Shown here in pieces: positions 42,195 to 54,500 of a stretch of DNA of 64,000 nt. Below the pieces are notes generated by a model. That model had not been told where the DNA came from, made no database searches, and saw nothing but the letters and a program-made list of their open reading frames with translations. The stretch is from contig OZ231126.1 of assembly GCA_965153355.1 (NCBI GenBank), positions 7,068,001 to 7,132,000 of the forward strand, given 5' to 3'. How positions within the stretch are numbered: position 1 is the stretch's first letter; every line of letters begins with the position of its first letter. The DNA comes from Flaccisagitta enflata. Lineage: Eukaryota. The position numbers were made by a program, and so were the translations under genes.

Positions 42195-45100
42195 TTTGTT
42201 TGTTTTTTTTTAGTAAGCCAAATTAAGAGAGCTTTAGTGAGATAAATGAGTAATGATAACCTATAGTGACTTCATTTGTCAAATCAATCTGTTGTTTGAT
42301 TTAAAAGCCACAGCGCCAAGTAGCAACAATTGTCTTTTTGAGGCCCATTTTAGCGATCCCCAATGATTGAACAAACCCTCTCTTTCTCACACACAAAAAA
42401 ACAAGGAAAATATATTCCGGCTTCAATGTGGGGTTTATTTGACGGAGCGTTGTTGATCTTGGGCATTGTGAGCGTTGGCCATCAATTAGACCACTCCCAT
42501 TGGAAAGGAACTGCTATGTGTAAAGAACATCGACTGTACCATCATCATGAGGATGTGGGTATTTTGTCTTGACACATGCGCCACATTTAGGCGGAAAATG
42601 TGGGAACATAGTTGCCATAGTAATTATTACACCAGTAGCATGAAATTTAAACTGGAGGTAGCATTTTAGCAGGGTGTCCAATAAATTTGGCAAAATCTTA
42701 AAGATAGCACCTAAAAGCTATTCCCAACTGATAGTTTTTATCCAAATAATGGTCAACCATAATGGTGTGTTAATTTTAAATACTTATCATCCAACAGGCA
42801 GCAAGAATCCATGAGAATAGGTCCGTACAAGGCAGGAAAGGTCCATTTGAAGTTGTCAAGTCAACATTAGCTTTGATGAACAAAAGAACACTGATCATTT
42901 ATTTCAAGTTATTCTAGCTGAATTTTTTCAATGCCTTGAGCCGATTTTGAGTAAATAGGATTGTTCTGCTTCAATGATGTATACCAACCTATTTATTGAC
43001 CACATTTGGGTGCTTAACTTGATGTTAAGAGGTCTAGTAAGTTGCTATTCTCTGCCATATTTTTTTGATAAAAATTCCCAAAAACTGGAAAGTTTGTCTA
43101 GGGCATAAAACCTTGCCTTTCAAACCAAAGGAGTCCACATGAAAAACAGCACATTCTAACAACTAATAGAACTAATTGGGAGACTACATACTAAATTTCA
43201 GCTTACTGGGCCGCCTATAAGCATGGTTTGAATGCACTTTAGTTTTTGCCAATTTGATTGGACACCCTGTTAGTAGAATTTTCATTTAGTGTTATGATTC
43301 AATCATAATTCAATTCATAAATAGGGTATTTCAGCCAAGATGTTGAAATTCCAATATCAAAATGTTGCTGATTTTTCCCACTTTAAAATCAATTGAAATT
43401 GATCATCTTTAAAAGACTTTTACAGGAACCTGAGTACTAGAGAGTGATCAAAATTGACTGACAATCATGCCCATGAGTATTTCAAAGTAATTGGATTGAA
43501 TATTGCACAGTTTTTGGCCCCTAAATAGCGCAATACTGGATAAACAGACAGAAAATTAAAAAGTCCAAAAATTAAGTTTTTTGAATGCTGCTTGTGCGAG
43601 ATTAGATACAAAATACTACTTCTTACATTCATATGACATCTTTATGTCATTGTCTAAGCCTATGGTGACCTAAATTTAGGTCACATACTTTCTCCATTAG
43701 ATTGTGGAAGTTTTTTTGCTTTTAATGACAATAATAAGACTCAATCCTCATTTTCCGCCTAAATGTGGCGCATTTGTTATACTTATCATATTTATACATA
43801 TTTAGATCTAGGGCCATTGAAGGTACTCTATCTTTCCATCCATCCAACATTTATGTTTTTAGGTAATAGACTCTTTTATGGCCTAATGGTATCTTTTTCA
43901 TATATTTGACATAAAAATTTTGGGGCAAATTTTGAAAAAAACAAAACTTAGATAATATTTTCCAATATTTTCCATAAGTATTTGTGTTTAAAAGTACAAA
44001 CATGGACTTATGGGTTTGTCATGCTGAGGCCTAAAAGTGATTGTATTACTGATGAACCTGAAGGATTTATATATCAAAAGATAACGGGAAGAAATCAAAG
44101 AGAATACATTGTTCATCTGTTTTAGTTGCAGTTTTTCAATGATCGATTGACAAAAAAAGTGTTTCAGCCTATGGTTTCAATGACAAACCATTAAAAATGT
44201 ATCCAAAGACTGGTCCCATCAACCATGATTTTTCTCTCTGCCATGAGGATTGAGGAATAGCCCACTAAGAAAAAACGCTTTTTCACAGGAAAGTTCTCTA
44301 TCAAAGAGATATGACTCAAAATCATGAAAATAGATGGCCAATGACAAAAATTTGACCTTGGGGCCTCTATAAAGTGTGCCCGCCACTACCCTCATATCCC
44401 ATAGGAAATGTACAGGAGGATTTTGGTCTGCAAAGCCTTCTTTCTTTTACAATGGGAAATAGGGTAAGTGGCGGGCTCACTTTATAGAAGCCCCATGACC
44501 AAATTTTTGTCAAGTACCATCATATCTCTTCAATAGAAAACTTTTCTATGAAAAAGTGTGTTTTCTTACTGGGCTAATGAGGAATGGCAGAATTCCTTTA
44601 AAATCTTTTACGCGATTATTCATAAATGGCAAATAAAAGAAATCAAAAAAGATGTTTTTGCATTTACTTAAAAGTTATATAACCCTCCTTAAGGAGTCTA
44701 CGCGGGCAATTTTGGGGCGTTTCTTTCGGTTTATCCGCATTCTACGAGTGATGAGATATTTTGTTGGTGAAAACTCGACCATCGCGCAAAGAATCAAGGA
44801 CAAAAAATTGTTCACGGCTCATGAAATAGCCGGGGCATTAGTAAGAAGCGCCGAATTTCAAACAGCACAAATGAAAAATGAAGAATCATTGTCTTCTGCG
44901 GTTGAGTTTGAGGCAATCAGCAAATCCAATCGCGCGAGAGTCAAGGTTGGCACAGGGAGGAGCTGGAGGCATCTATAGTTTATACTGAAAATTAAGGCGG
45001 GGATGTATATGATTGACTGGGGGGGAGAATACAAGGGTTTGGAGGTTAGGAAGGGAAAGAAAGGAGGGTAAAAGAGAAACAAGGCCGAATAAACGGCTAC

Positions 45101-48100
45101 CCTAGTTGCATGCAGGTGGGCAGGAGCAGTGCTGGAGAAGGTCACTAGGGCATCTGGGCAGGAACCGTATGCTCAAAAAGCTCAAAAACGCCAAAAAAGT
45201 AAAAAGGCGACTAACCGACAGACCGACCGACCGACCGACCAACCAACCGATGGACCGACTTAGCGGGGTGAAGTGTCACGAAGCACGCCACTAAAAAGGA
45301 TAATTTTTGAAAATCATTTCTTTTGGCAATACCAAAACATAAAACAATTTAACACTATTTGAACCTAAAATATACTGTTTTAATGCCCTATGGGGAAGGA
45401 AACCATATATCTTGTAACACAAGGCGACATGTCGCGGTTAGAGATCAAATGCAGGGGGAATCAAAAGCGACTCTATTTTTGGTAACTGTAACTGTGTCAA
45501 AATAATAAAAAAACAATAAGTTTTTTTTTTAATTGACTGTAAATAGTTTATACTTTACAATTAAAATCCATGAGCACTTTAAAGAGCTTCGAAAACTCTA
45601 CAAATCTAGATCAAGCAGAAATTTATTTTTTTGAATTCTCTCCAAAATGGAATCAAGCAAAAATCATGATTCTTATCCGTTTAAAAGCTACATCAATTCA
45701 AAGTTGGTTACTCTGAAAAGATAACAAGACCAGATACACAGCTACCCCAATAGCGTGCGGGTGGGCAGGGGCTGAATTAGAGGTCACTAGATCATTTGGG
45801 TAGGTGCAGTGAGACCAAAGACCACAAAAACCCTAAAGAAGTAAAGTGTGACGGACGGACCGATGGACAGATGGATGGACACAAACACCCAGAGCATGAC
45901 GCTAGTTGACCTTCTCATTGCTTGGGTGTAAAACACTGACAAACATGTTGTTTGTTTTTTTATTTTGCCATAATTAATTTTTTACTAGAGGTTAAGGTTA
46001 TTGGAAATGAAGAAGCACTGTGATTTCATGTTGAGGATACAAGTTAGTGAAAAGGGGCAGAAGAGCTGTGCTGTGTGTTCTGAGTTACTAATGACCTTTA
46101 ACAGGCAAATTATTTTCTGGCGAATGCGTATGTGTGCTATCTGAGTCACAAGGATCCTGGAATCAACATTTCATTGCGAACGAGACAGGCTGCTGCTCAC
46201 CTGGTTGAAAAACTGGATGAACGCGTGCGGCTGCTGCACTCTCGCGGGTTAATGGAAGATGACGATCTACAGGTCAGAAAGCGATATTGAAATGAGTTAG
46301 TTCATATCTCAAATCATGGGATGATTACGTCCCTTACGGACTAGTCGTCCTTATGCCAAGGAATGAAAAGTTTAATGAAACTTGCGCAAAGCGTTGGAAA
46401 AATATTGAGGGTTTACTGGTTTTGCTTTGGGCCTAGAAAAAATTCAGTTAAGAGAAGGACTTTCAAACAATAAGATTCAAGAATTTAAAGAATAAGACTC
46501 AACAAGGCCAAGTAGGCCAATAGGTGCGACGTGTGGATCGTCGAACGAATGCGTTACCGACCAACCAACCGACCAACCGACCGACCAACCAACCGACGGA
46601 CACAGCCAGTTATAGAGGTGCTTTGTCGCACCTAAAAATGAATTTTGGATTTTTAGTCGCGCGCTAGGCGACTCTTAACCCCGGTCGGTTGGCTGGTTGG
46701 TTGGTCGGTTGGTCCCCTTTTTACGTTTTCGGCGTTTTAGAGTGTTTTGAGCTCACTGCTCCTGCCCAAATGTCACACGTGAGGAAATTTCTTTTCTTCA
46801 CCTCCGAGTATCAAGACCCAAATTCTGCCAAATTCTGTCCAAATTCCAGACTTCAGGCCCATATCCCCCAGCCCTCCTGCACGCGACATGGATAGCCGTG
46901 TATCTAGCCTTGTTGTCATGCAAATTCAATGAGTAGAACCTATAATGGTCTTTATTCAATGATTTTTTTTTTAGTCGCTGACACGCGACTCTATGAGCCA
47001 CTTTGTCGGTTGGTCCATCGGTCGGTCTGTCCGTCAGTTTGTTACAAAGTCACTTTTCAAGGTTTTCCGCTCCTGCCCACCCGTCCGCGACTAATGCTGC
47101 CGTGTATACGGCCTTGTTTTGTTTTTTTTGCTCAGTATTCTTTTTAGTTGCGGACACGCAACTCTATAAGAGGCTTTGTCCGTCCGTCGGTCGGTCCGTC
47201 GGTCGGTCGGTCCGTCGGTCGGTCGGTCGGTCCGTCACGCTCGAGTTAAACACGCAAGAAACGCGCATTTACGATGCTGCAGTTGTCATTGAATGTGTGT
47301 GGGCGTATGTTAGTGTGTGGGAAGGGGGTTGGGGTGAGGCTGGGGGTTGGCTGCCCCTGCCCACCCGTCCGCAACGATATTGTGACCCCGCGTCACTTGT
47401 TTTCTTTTTGGTCTTATTCTGAATAGGAATTTAAGAGCATGTTCTATAGAAAACTGTGCATCAATCGTGAGTTGCCAGCAAGACTGGAAATCCCCAAACC
47501 CAGAAAAGCATTACGCAATTTCTCCTGGCTTTCCAATGATAAACTGGCTCAAAGATACATCATCCATGAAGCTGAGTTGCTGCAATTTGATCCGGGTGCA
47601 GTTATCACCAATGAAGAAGATGACTATAAGGTAAAGGGCTGAAATGCTTTGACAGTTGAACTGTTACTAACTTTTATTACCTTTTATAACTGGAGGTTGA
47701 TTTTAGAATCTGAAAGAAAAGTTAAAGCTGAAATCTTTAGAATAGAGCAGCTGTCTGTATCATTTACACTTAATATTTCTTCTTTTTTTCAAGTAAACAA
47801 CGGGGGGGGGGGTTCACACTGTCCCAATGTTACCCTCTGAGAGCTTAAGCATTACGATGATACACGCAAAATGTAAATCCTCTTGTTCAGCTGATACTCA
47901 AATCATCTCCCAAGTTTTGACGACATCTACTGTAGCTTTTTCTCAATGAAGCATACAGTAGAATCTTGCATTTAAAACTGACGCTCTATTTTGAATGTTC
48001 ACCTAAACTATCTCAATCTGTCTTTGCAGGGTATCTATTTTATAGTGTATGGATTTGTAATGGTAAAAGGTGTTACAGGACTCACGCATGCCTTTCAATC

Positions 48101-51100
48101 CCTGATGCACGGAGCGGATATAAGCTCTAAGCATGGAAGGTGCGTAACAGGCGATGTATAAAGATGTATAGAGATGTATATAAAGGGCTTGGTGGGTGAG
48201 TTGCAGAGCTGAAAACGTTTTTTTCTCAGATGTACATATGGACCAAACAGACGTATACTAGCTCAGGCTAGCAGATTGCTTTACCGTGTTTGAGCTGGGG
48301 GAAGTTAGCCAACCTCAACATTTTTAGTTGCGGACACGCAACTCTATAAGAGGCTTTGTCCGTCCGTCCGTCGGTCGGTTCGTCGGTCGGTCCGTCGGTG
48401 AGCACAAGTCGAAAAGTGTGAAAATGCGCATTTCCGCTCCTGCCCACCCGTCCGCAACTAGTGGCCGTGTATCCGGCCTTGTTCTAATAAAAATTGATAA
48501 AATAAATGACTAAGACAGGGGAGAAAAACAAAACTTTGTTGTTTTTTGTTGTGTATGAATTAAACGCTTTATGGACAAAAACACATAATGACAGGTAGCT
48601 TGATTTTTTTTCCGCACACGTGGTTGGGCTTTCTACAGATTGAAACTTATTTTGCTCTGTTCTGTTCTGCTAATCATACAAGTGACATGGGGTCGGGTAC
48701 TGGTGGGAAGAGGCATCTAACCCCCTGCCTCACCCCCCCCCACCTTCCAACCCCCGCCCCACCCACACAATAACAACTGCAGCATCACGAATGCACGTTT
48801 TTCGTTTTTTCAACCCTAGCAAGACGGACCGATCGATGGACCAACGGACGAAACAACAGACGGACAAAACCTCTTTTAGAATTGCCAGTCCGCGGCTTAA
48901 CAAAGATGTAGTTAAAATTTGAATCAATTAGAAATCTGGGTCCAAACTTGATGCGCCAAGTAAGTTGTTTAATGTTATTTTAGTAACGAGAATTCATAAG
49001 ATGCTGAGAACACAATCAGATTCATATGAAAAGAATATGGTAAACGATTGGAGCATTCAGGTTTGTTTTGATCAGGGGCTAGCAAATCTATTACTTTTTT
49101 ATCGATATGATGAAGATATAACGACCTTGACGCATGATTAGTTAAGTTACAGAACTGTAGCTGCTTTGTATGGAGAGGATGTAACCTCAGAACATTGTTT
49201 CAATAGTCTATCATTTCATAAAAAGTAACAAGGCCGGAAACACGGCTACCCGAGTCACGTATAGATGGGCAGGGGAAGCGATAAAGTAGGCCAACTAAGC
49301 GTTTGGGCAGGAGTAGAGAATCAAAACCTTTCTGTAAACGCCACAAAAGCTAAGTGTGACTAACAAATGGACCAACCTACCGACAGAGCGGGTAATTGAG
49401 TCGCGTGTTTGCGTCTAACAAGAAATCCCAGCCTAAAGGCCTCAATCCTGGCGTCAAGGCCCAAATCCCAGCCGCAATGCCTGAATCTCAGCCTAAAGCA
49501 CAAGATCCAGGCCTGAGGCTCGAATCCCAGCCTCAAGGCCCAAATCTCAGCCTTGAATGAATGAAAAAATCTATTTTCTCCGAAACATGGGGCATTGTAA
49601 CACTTTTGGTTACCTATACAAAACAGAGCGTGCTACGCCTAAGCGGGACGTCCAAAGACTTTAACGATTACAGAGTGCTTGAAGTCAATTTGTAGACTGC
49701 TAGTGAATGGCAGACCAAACCAGCCTCGAAGTCCAAATCCCGGTATCAAGAACAAAATCCAGCCCTGAGGCCTAAATCTCAGCCCCGAGGCCCACAACCC
49801 CAGCCCTAGGGCCTAAATCTTTGCCCAAAGGACCCAATCCCAACCACAAGAAGGTCATCGGTCCCTTTCAGGAACACTGCCCCGCATTCTCCCTCGACTT
49901 CAATCACAACCCACATAGGCAGGCACGTGTACCGCTGACCATCTAACAATTTTGCAAACAAGCAATTTATTGCAATGAATTATGGTAGAGAAGGGTTTTC
50001 AACTGGCTAGTATATTGGCAATACATACATATAGACCAGCTATCTTTTGGTCGCGGACTCTAGATCTTGCCATATCGGTCGGTCGGTCTGCCGGTCACAA
50101 TTTTGAATTGTGAGCAGTTTCGGCATAACTGCCCATGCCAAACAGTCCGCGAATAGGGTGCCGTGTATCCGACCTTGTTAAGGAATGCTTTTTACATGTA
50201 TGTTGCCCTGCCCAAAACAAACTTTCACAGTCAATTTTTTATATTTGTTAGATGGAGTAAAGAATTGCCGATATCATATTTGAACAAACTAAACCAGAAA
50301 AGTCTGAAAGTTGTGACAGACCCTGAGGATCGAATTATGGCGAAATGCAATCAAATGCTTGACATGGAGTTTCAGTTTTTCTCCAGTGGATATGTCGTCA
50401 GTGAAGTGAATATGGTTTACCACGGCCTGCCAATCTGCAGAACAGTCTGCGTTACTCCAGTTAAAGCCTATCACCTCAAGGCAAGTGATAGCGAAAGAAA
50501 CTAGTAACGTACTAAAATTAGCAACGTTTTTCAGATTCTGTTCATGGAATACTAGGAGTGGTGCGCGTACATTAACTAGTTCACAAGGCCCTCTTCCATT
50601 TGTTATAGTTTGGGTATTGTGAGGAAACTTGCACCCTGATCAGGATAAGGTAATTGAATTGCCTATAGTCCTTGGCGCCATAAAAATGGAAGTCTTTCTT
50701 TGTTGTTTTTATTGATAAAAATTTATAGAAAATATTTTTTGCACTTTCTCATGTACTTTTTAAGTAATAGGGTGTCCATTTCAGGTCTTGGTTTCAAAGT
50801 GAATCATCATACTGCCTAAATTTTTGTGATTGAACATATAGCTAAAGTAAGAGCATTTTTGCGCCATTTTCCTGGAAGTCTAAAAACTGTCTTTTTGATT
50901 CCATTCTGTTCTCAAAAGCCTTTGTTTTACCCCCAACATGAGTGTCCAAACCTGGAACTAAATCATGGGTTGTAAAATGATTAAACCTTACTCATTTTCT
51001 TTCAAAAACAGCAGTTCAAATCCAAAAATGATTCTATTACCTAAAACCATATTAATGTGGAAAGGGAGCTTGTTCCACTTTTCATGGCTTGACCTGCCAC

Positions 51101-51475
51101 TATGAAGAACAGTCTGCGTTGCTTTAGACAAACTAATATCAATTGACGATTGTGTGGTAGAGAGAAACAAGGCCAAAGACATGGCTACCCCAGTCGCGTG
51201 CGGGTTGGCAGGGTCTGTATTTGTAGTACTTGATTATTTGGGCAGGAGCAGTGAGGCCAAAGACCACAAAAAACAAAAAAAAGTTAAGTGTAATGGACAG
51301 ATGGACGGACGGATAGATGGATGGACGGATGGACGGACGGATGGATGGACGGATGGACGGACGGATGGATGGACGGACGGACAGATGGACCGACAAAGCG
51401 GGTTATAGAGCCGCGTAGCACGCGACTAACAATTAAATGTGCAACCAATCTTTGCATGCGCTTTTGACATGGTAC

Positions 51476-51545
<70 letters not shown>

Positions 51546-54500
51546 ATTCCTTTAGCCCCTGCCCAACTGCTTTTAGATGTCTGGTCTTGCTCCAAATCAA
51601 TGAATCACACTACCCTTGCTTGTCGTGTCTAACTAGAACCAACCTACTTGATCCAGGCTAGACAAGTGGAAAACTTTTTAAAGCGTTTTTCTCATCGATT
51701 CCAAAATGTGGAGGCTCGAGTTTGGCAGAATCTATTCTACAGTTATCACGCGCTGAAGAAAGACCGAGAGAGCCTAGATGATGAGGCTATTTCCAGAGGA
51801 TTTGTGGTCTATATTGACAGACAACACACACTCAAAGGTAGGCTTTATAAGGATTACTGAAGGATGTCCGTAACTCCGCATGAGCTTTGACGTTAAGCCA
51901 TTTTCAGAGGATTTGTGGTTTATATCGACAAACAACATAAACTCAAAAGTAGGCTTTATAAGAACTGCTGAAGGATGTCTGCAACTCCTCATGAGCTTTG
52001 ACGTTAAGCCATTTTCAGAGGATTTGTGCTTTACATCGACAGACAACACACTCTCAAAGGTACGCTTAATAAGGATTACTGAAGGATGTGCAAACGGGCT
52101 TTGACGTAAAGCCATTTCCAGAGGATTCGTGGTCTATATTGACAGACAACATACACTCAAAGGTAGGCTTTATGAGGATTACTGAAGGATGTGCGCACGA
52201 GCTTTGACAAAAAGCCATTTCCAGAGGATTTGTGGTCTATATTGACAGAGCACACATCTCTGGATACCCCCCCAAAGAGAATCGAAAATACCATTTTTTC
52301 TGACTGTGCTATTTGTCTTCAGGAACATGTGGGCTACTAAAAAAAACAAAAAACAAAAAAATTCTTCTGAAATTTTTTCATTTATTTCACTTTTTAGGTA
52401 AAAAAAGGGCATTTTTAGCACTTTTTAAGCATCAAATTGTTTATGCAGCTTAGAAAATCCAAAAAAATACTGGAAATGTATGGCAATAGATAGATTATAC
52501 ATGTTTTTACCCTTCTCAAACAGTTTTTTTAAGTATCGTACAGATTAGAGCTTAAAAATGGCCTAAAAATGACAAAATAAGGTTTTTTCAGTATTTTTCA
52601 GTGAAAATTTGTTTTTACAGCATTTTAACTCCCGAAAAATCCTAGAAAAGTGTAGTAGTAGTTTGAGCTTAACTACTTTTACCATGAACAATTAGTAAAT
52701 TTTGATTTTTTTAAGTTTAGAGTTAAAAAATAGCTAAAAAATAGCAAAATATTATTTTTTTAAACATTTTATAGCAAATGATTATTCATGCACTTTTAAA
52801 AATTCAAAAAAATACTGGAAATGTTTGGCAACAGATAGAATATACATGTTGAAATGCTGTATTAAAAAATTTGAGATTTAAAAATGCTGAAAAAAGCTAT
52901 ATTTCGGCATTTTTACGCCATTTTTAAACTCTTTAAAATCTTTAAGATATCTAAAAAAATTTTTGTGAAAGGTAAAAACATGTATATCTTATCTATTGCC
53001 ACACATTTCCAGTATTTTTTTGGCTTTATAAAAGTGCATGAATAATTATTTGCTTTAAGATGCTTAAAAAAACAATATTTTGCTATTTTTTAGTTATTTT
53101 TTAACTCTAAACCTAAAAAAATCAAAATTTACTGATTGTTCAGGGTAAAAGTAGTTAAGCTCAGACTACTACTACACTTTTCTAGAATTTTTCGGGAGTT
53201 AAAATGCTGTAAAAACAAATTTAGACTGAAAAATACTGAAAAAAACCATATTTTGTCATTTTTAGGCTATTTTTAAGCTCTAATCTTTATGATATTTAAA
53301 AAAAACTGTTTTTGAAGGGTGAAAACGTGTATACTCTATCTATTGCCACACATTTCCAGTATTTTTTCGGATTTTCTAAGCTGCATGAACAATTTTATGC
53401 CTAAAAAGTGCTAAAAATGCCCTTTTTTAACCTAAAAAGTGAAATAAATGAAAAAATTTCAGAAGAATTTTTTTGTTTTTTGTTTTTTTTAGTAGCCCAC
53501 ATGTTCCTGACGACAAATAGCACAGTCAGAAAAAATGGTATTTTCGATTTTCTTTGGGGGGGTATCCAGAGATGAGTGAGAGAGCATACACTCAAAGGTA
53601 GGCTTTATAATGACTGCTGAAGAATGTCTGCGCCATCTTTGACATAAAACCATTTCCAGAGGATTTGTGGTCTATATTGACAGACAACAGACACTCAAAG
53701 GTAGGCTTTATAAGGACTGCTGAAGGATTTCCCCGAGACCCTACACTAACAGGTAATTTTCAGGGCTATATGGTCTTTACTGACAGACAACACATGCCAA
53801 TTCCAGAGAATAAGTGGCATATACTGACAGACGATACAAACTCGGAGGTAGATTTTATAAGGACTACTGAAGGGCGCCCGCCCGAGCTTTGACGCAAAGC
53901 CATTTCCTGGGGATACGTGGTCTATACTGACAGACGACACACGCTCAAACATAGGCTTTTAATGTCACCACAAAATGTATGGATGACATCGACAATTCGA
54001 CAGACACCATGCTCTCAAACCTTACCATCAAACGCGAATTCTCGTGTCACTTTTACAGGAACAAACCACGTGGTATTTGAGATTGATTACATGCATATTC
54101 AGCGTGTCATTCTTTTGGATGGAAACGCCTTTTCCGTCCTTCCTGGCAGAAAGGTTAGACTCATATAAGGTATACCACTGTTGCAGTATAACCGGCGCTC
54201 CACTATATCCTATGTTATTATGAAACATTTGACCTTTTTACACTCATTGACTTTATAGCTGACAGTACTGACTGATTCTGTATCCCTTTGAACCAATTTT
54301 AAAGGACTATGTACAGTGTGTTTTTCCTCACCTCGCTGTGCTTTTAAAAAAAAAATTCCGAGTGAGAAGTCATACAACAGTGGGTTTTTCTGCAGTTTTG
54401 TGAAATCATCCCGGGATCCCCTGAGCGCTTTTTTAGTAATCTACAAAATAAAAAAAAAAGAATAGACGTATTTTCAATGCAGATTCCCCTGAGTTATATT

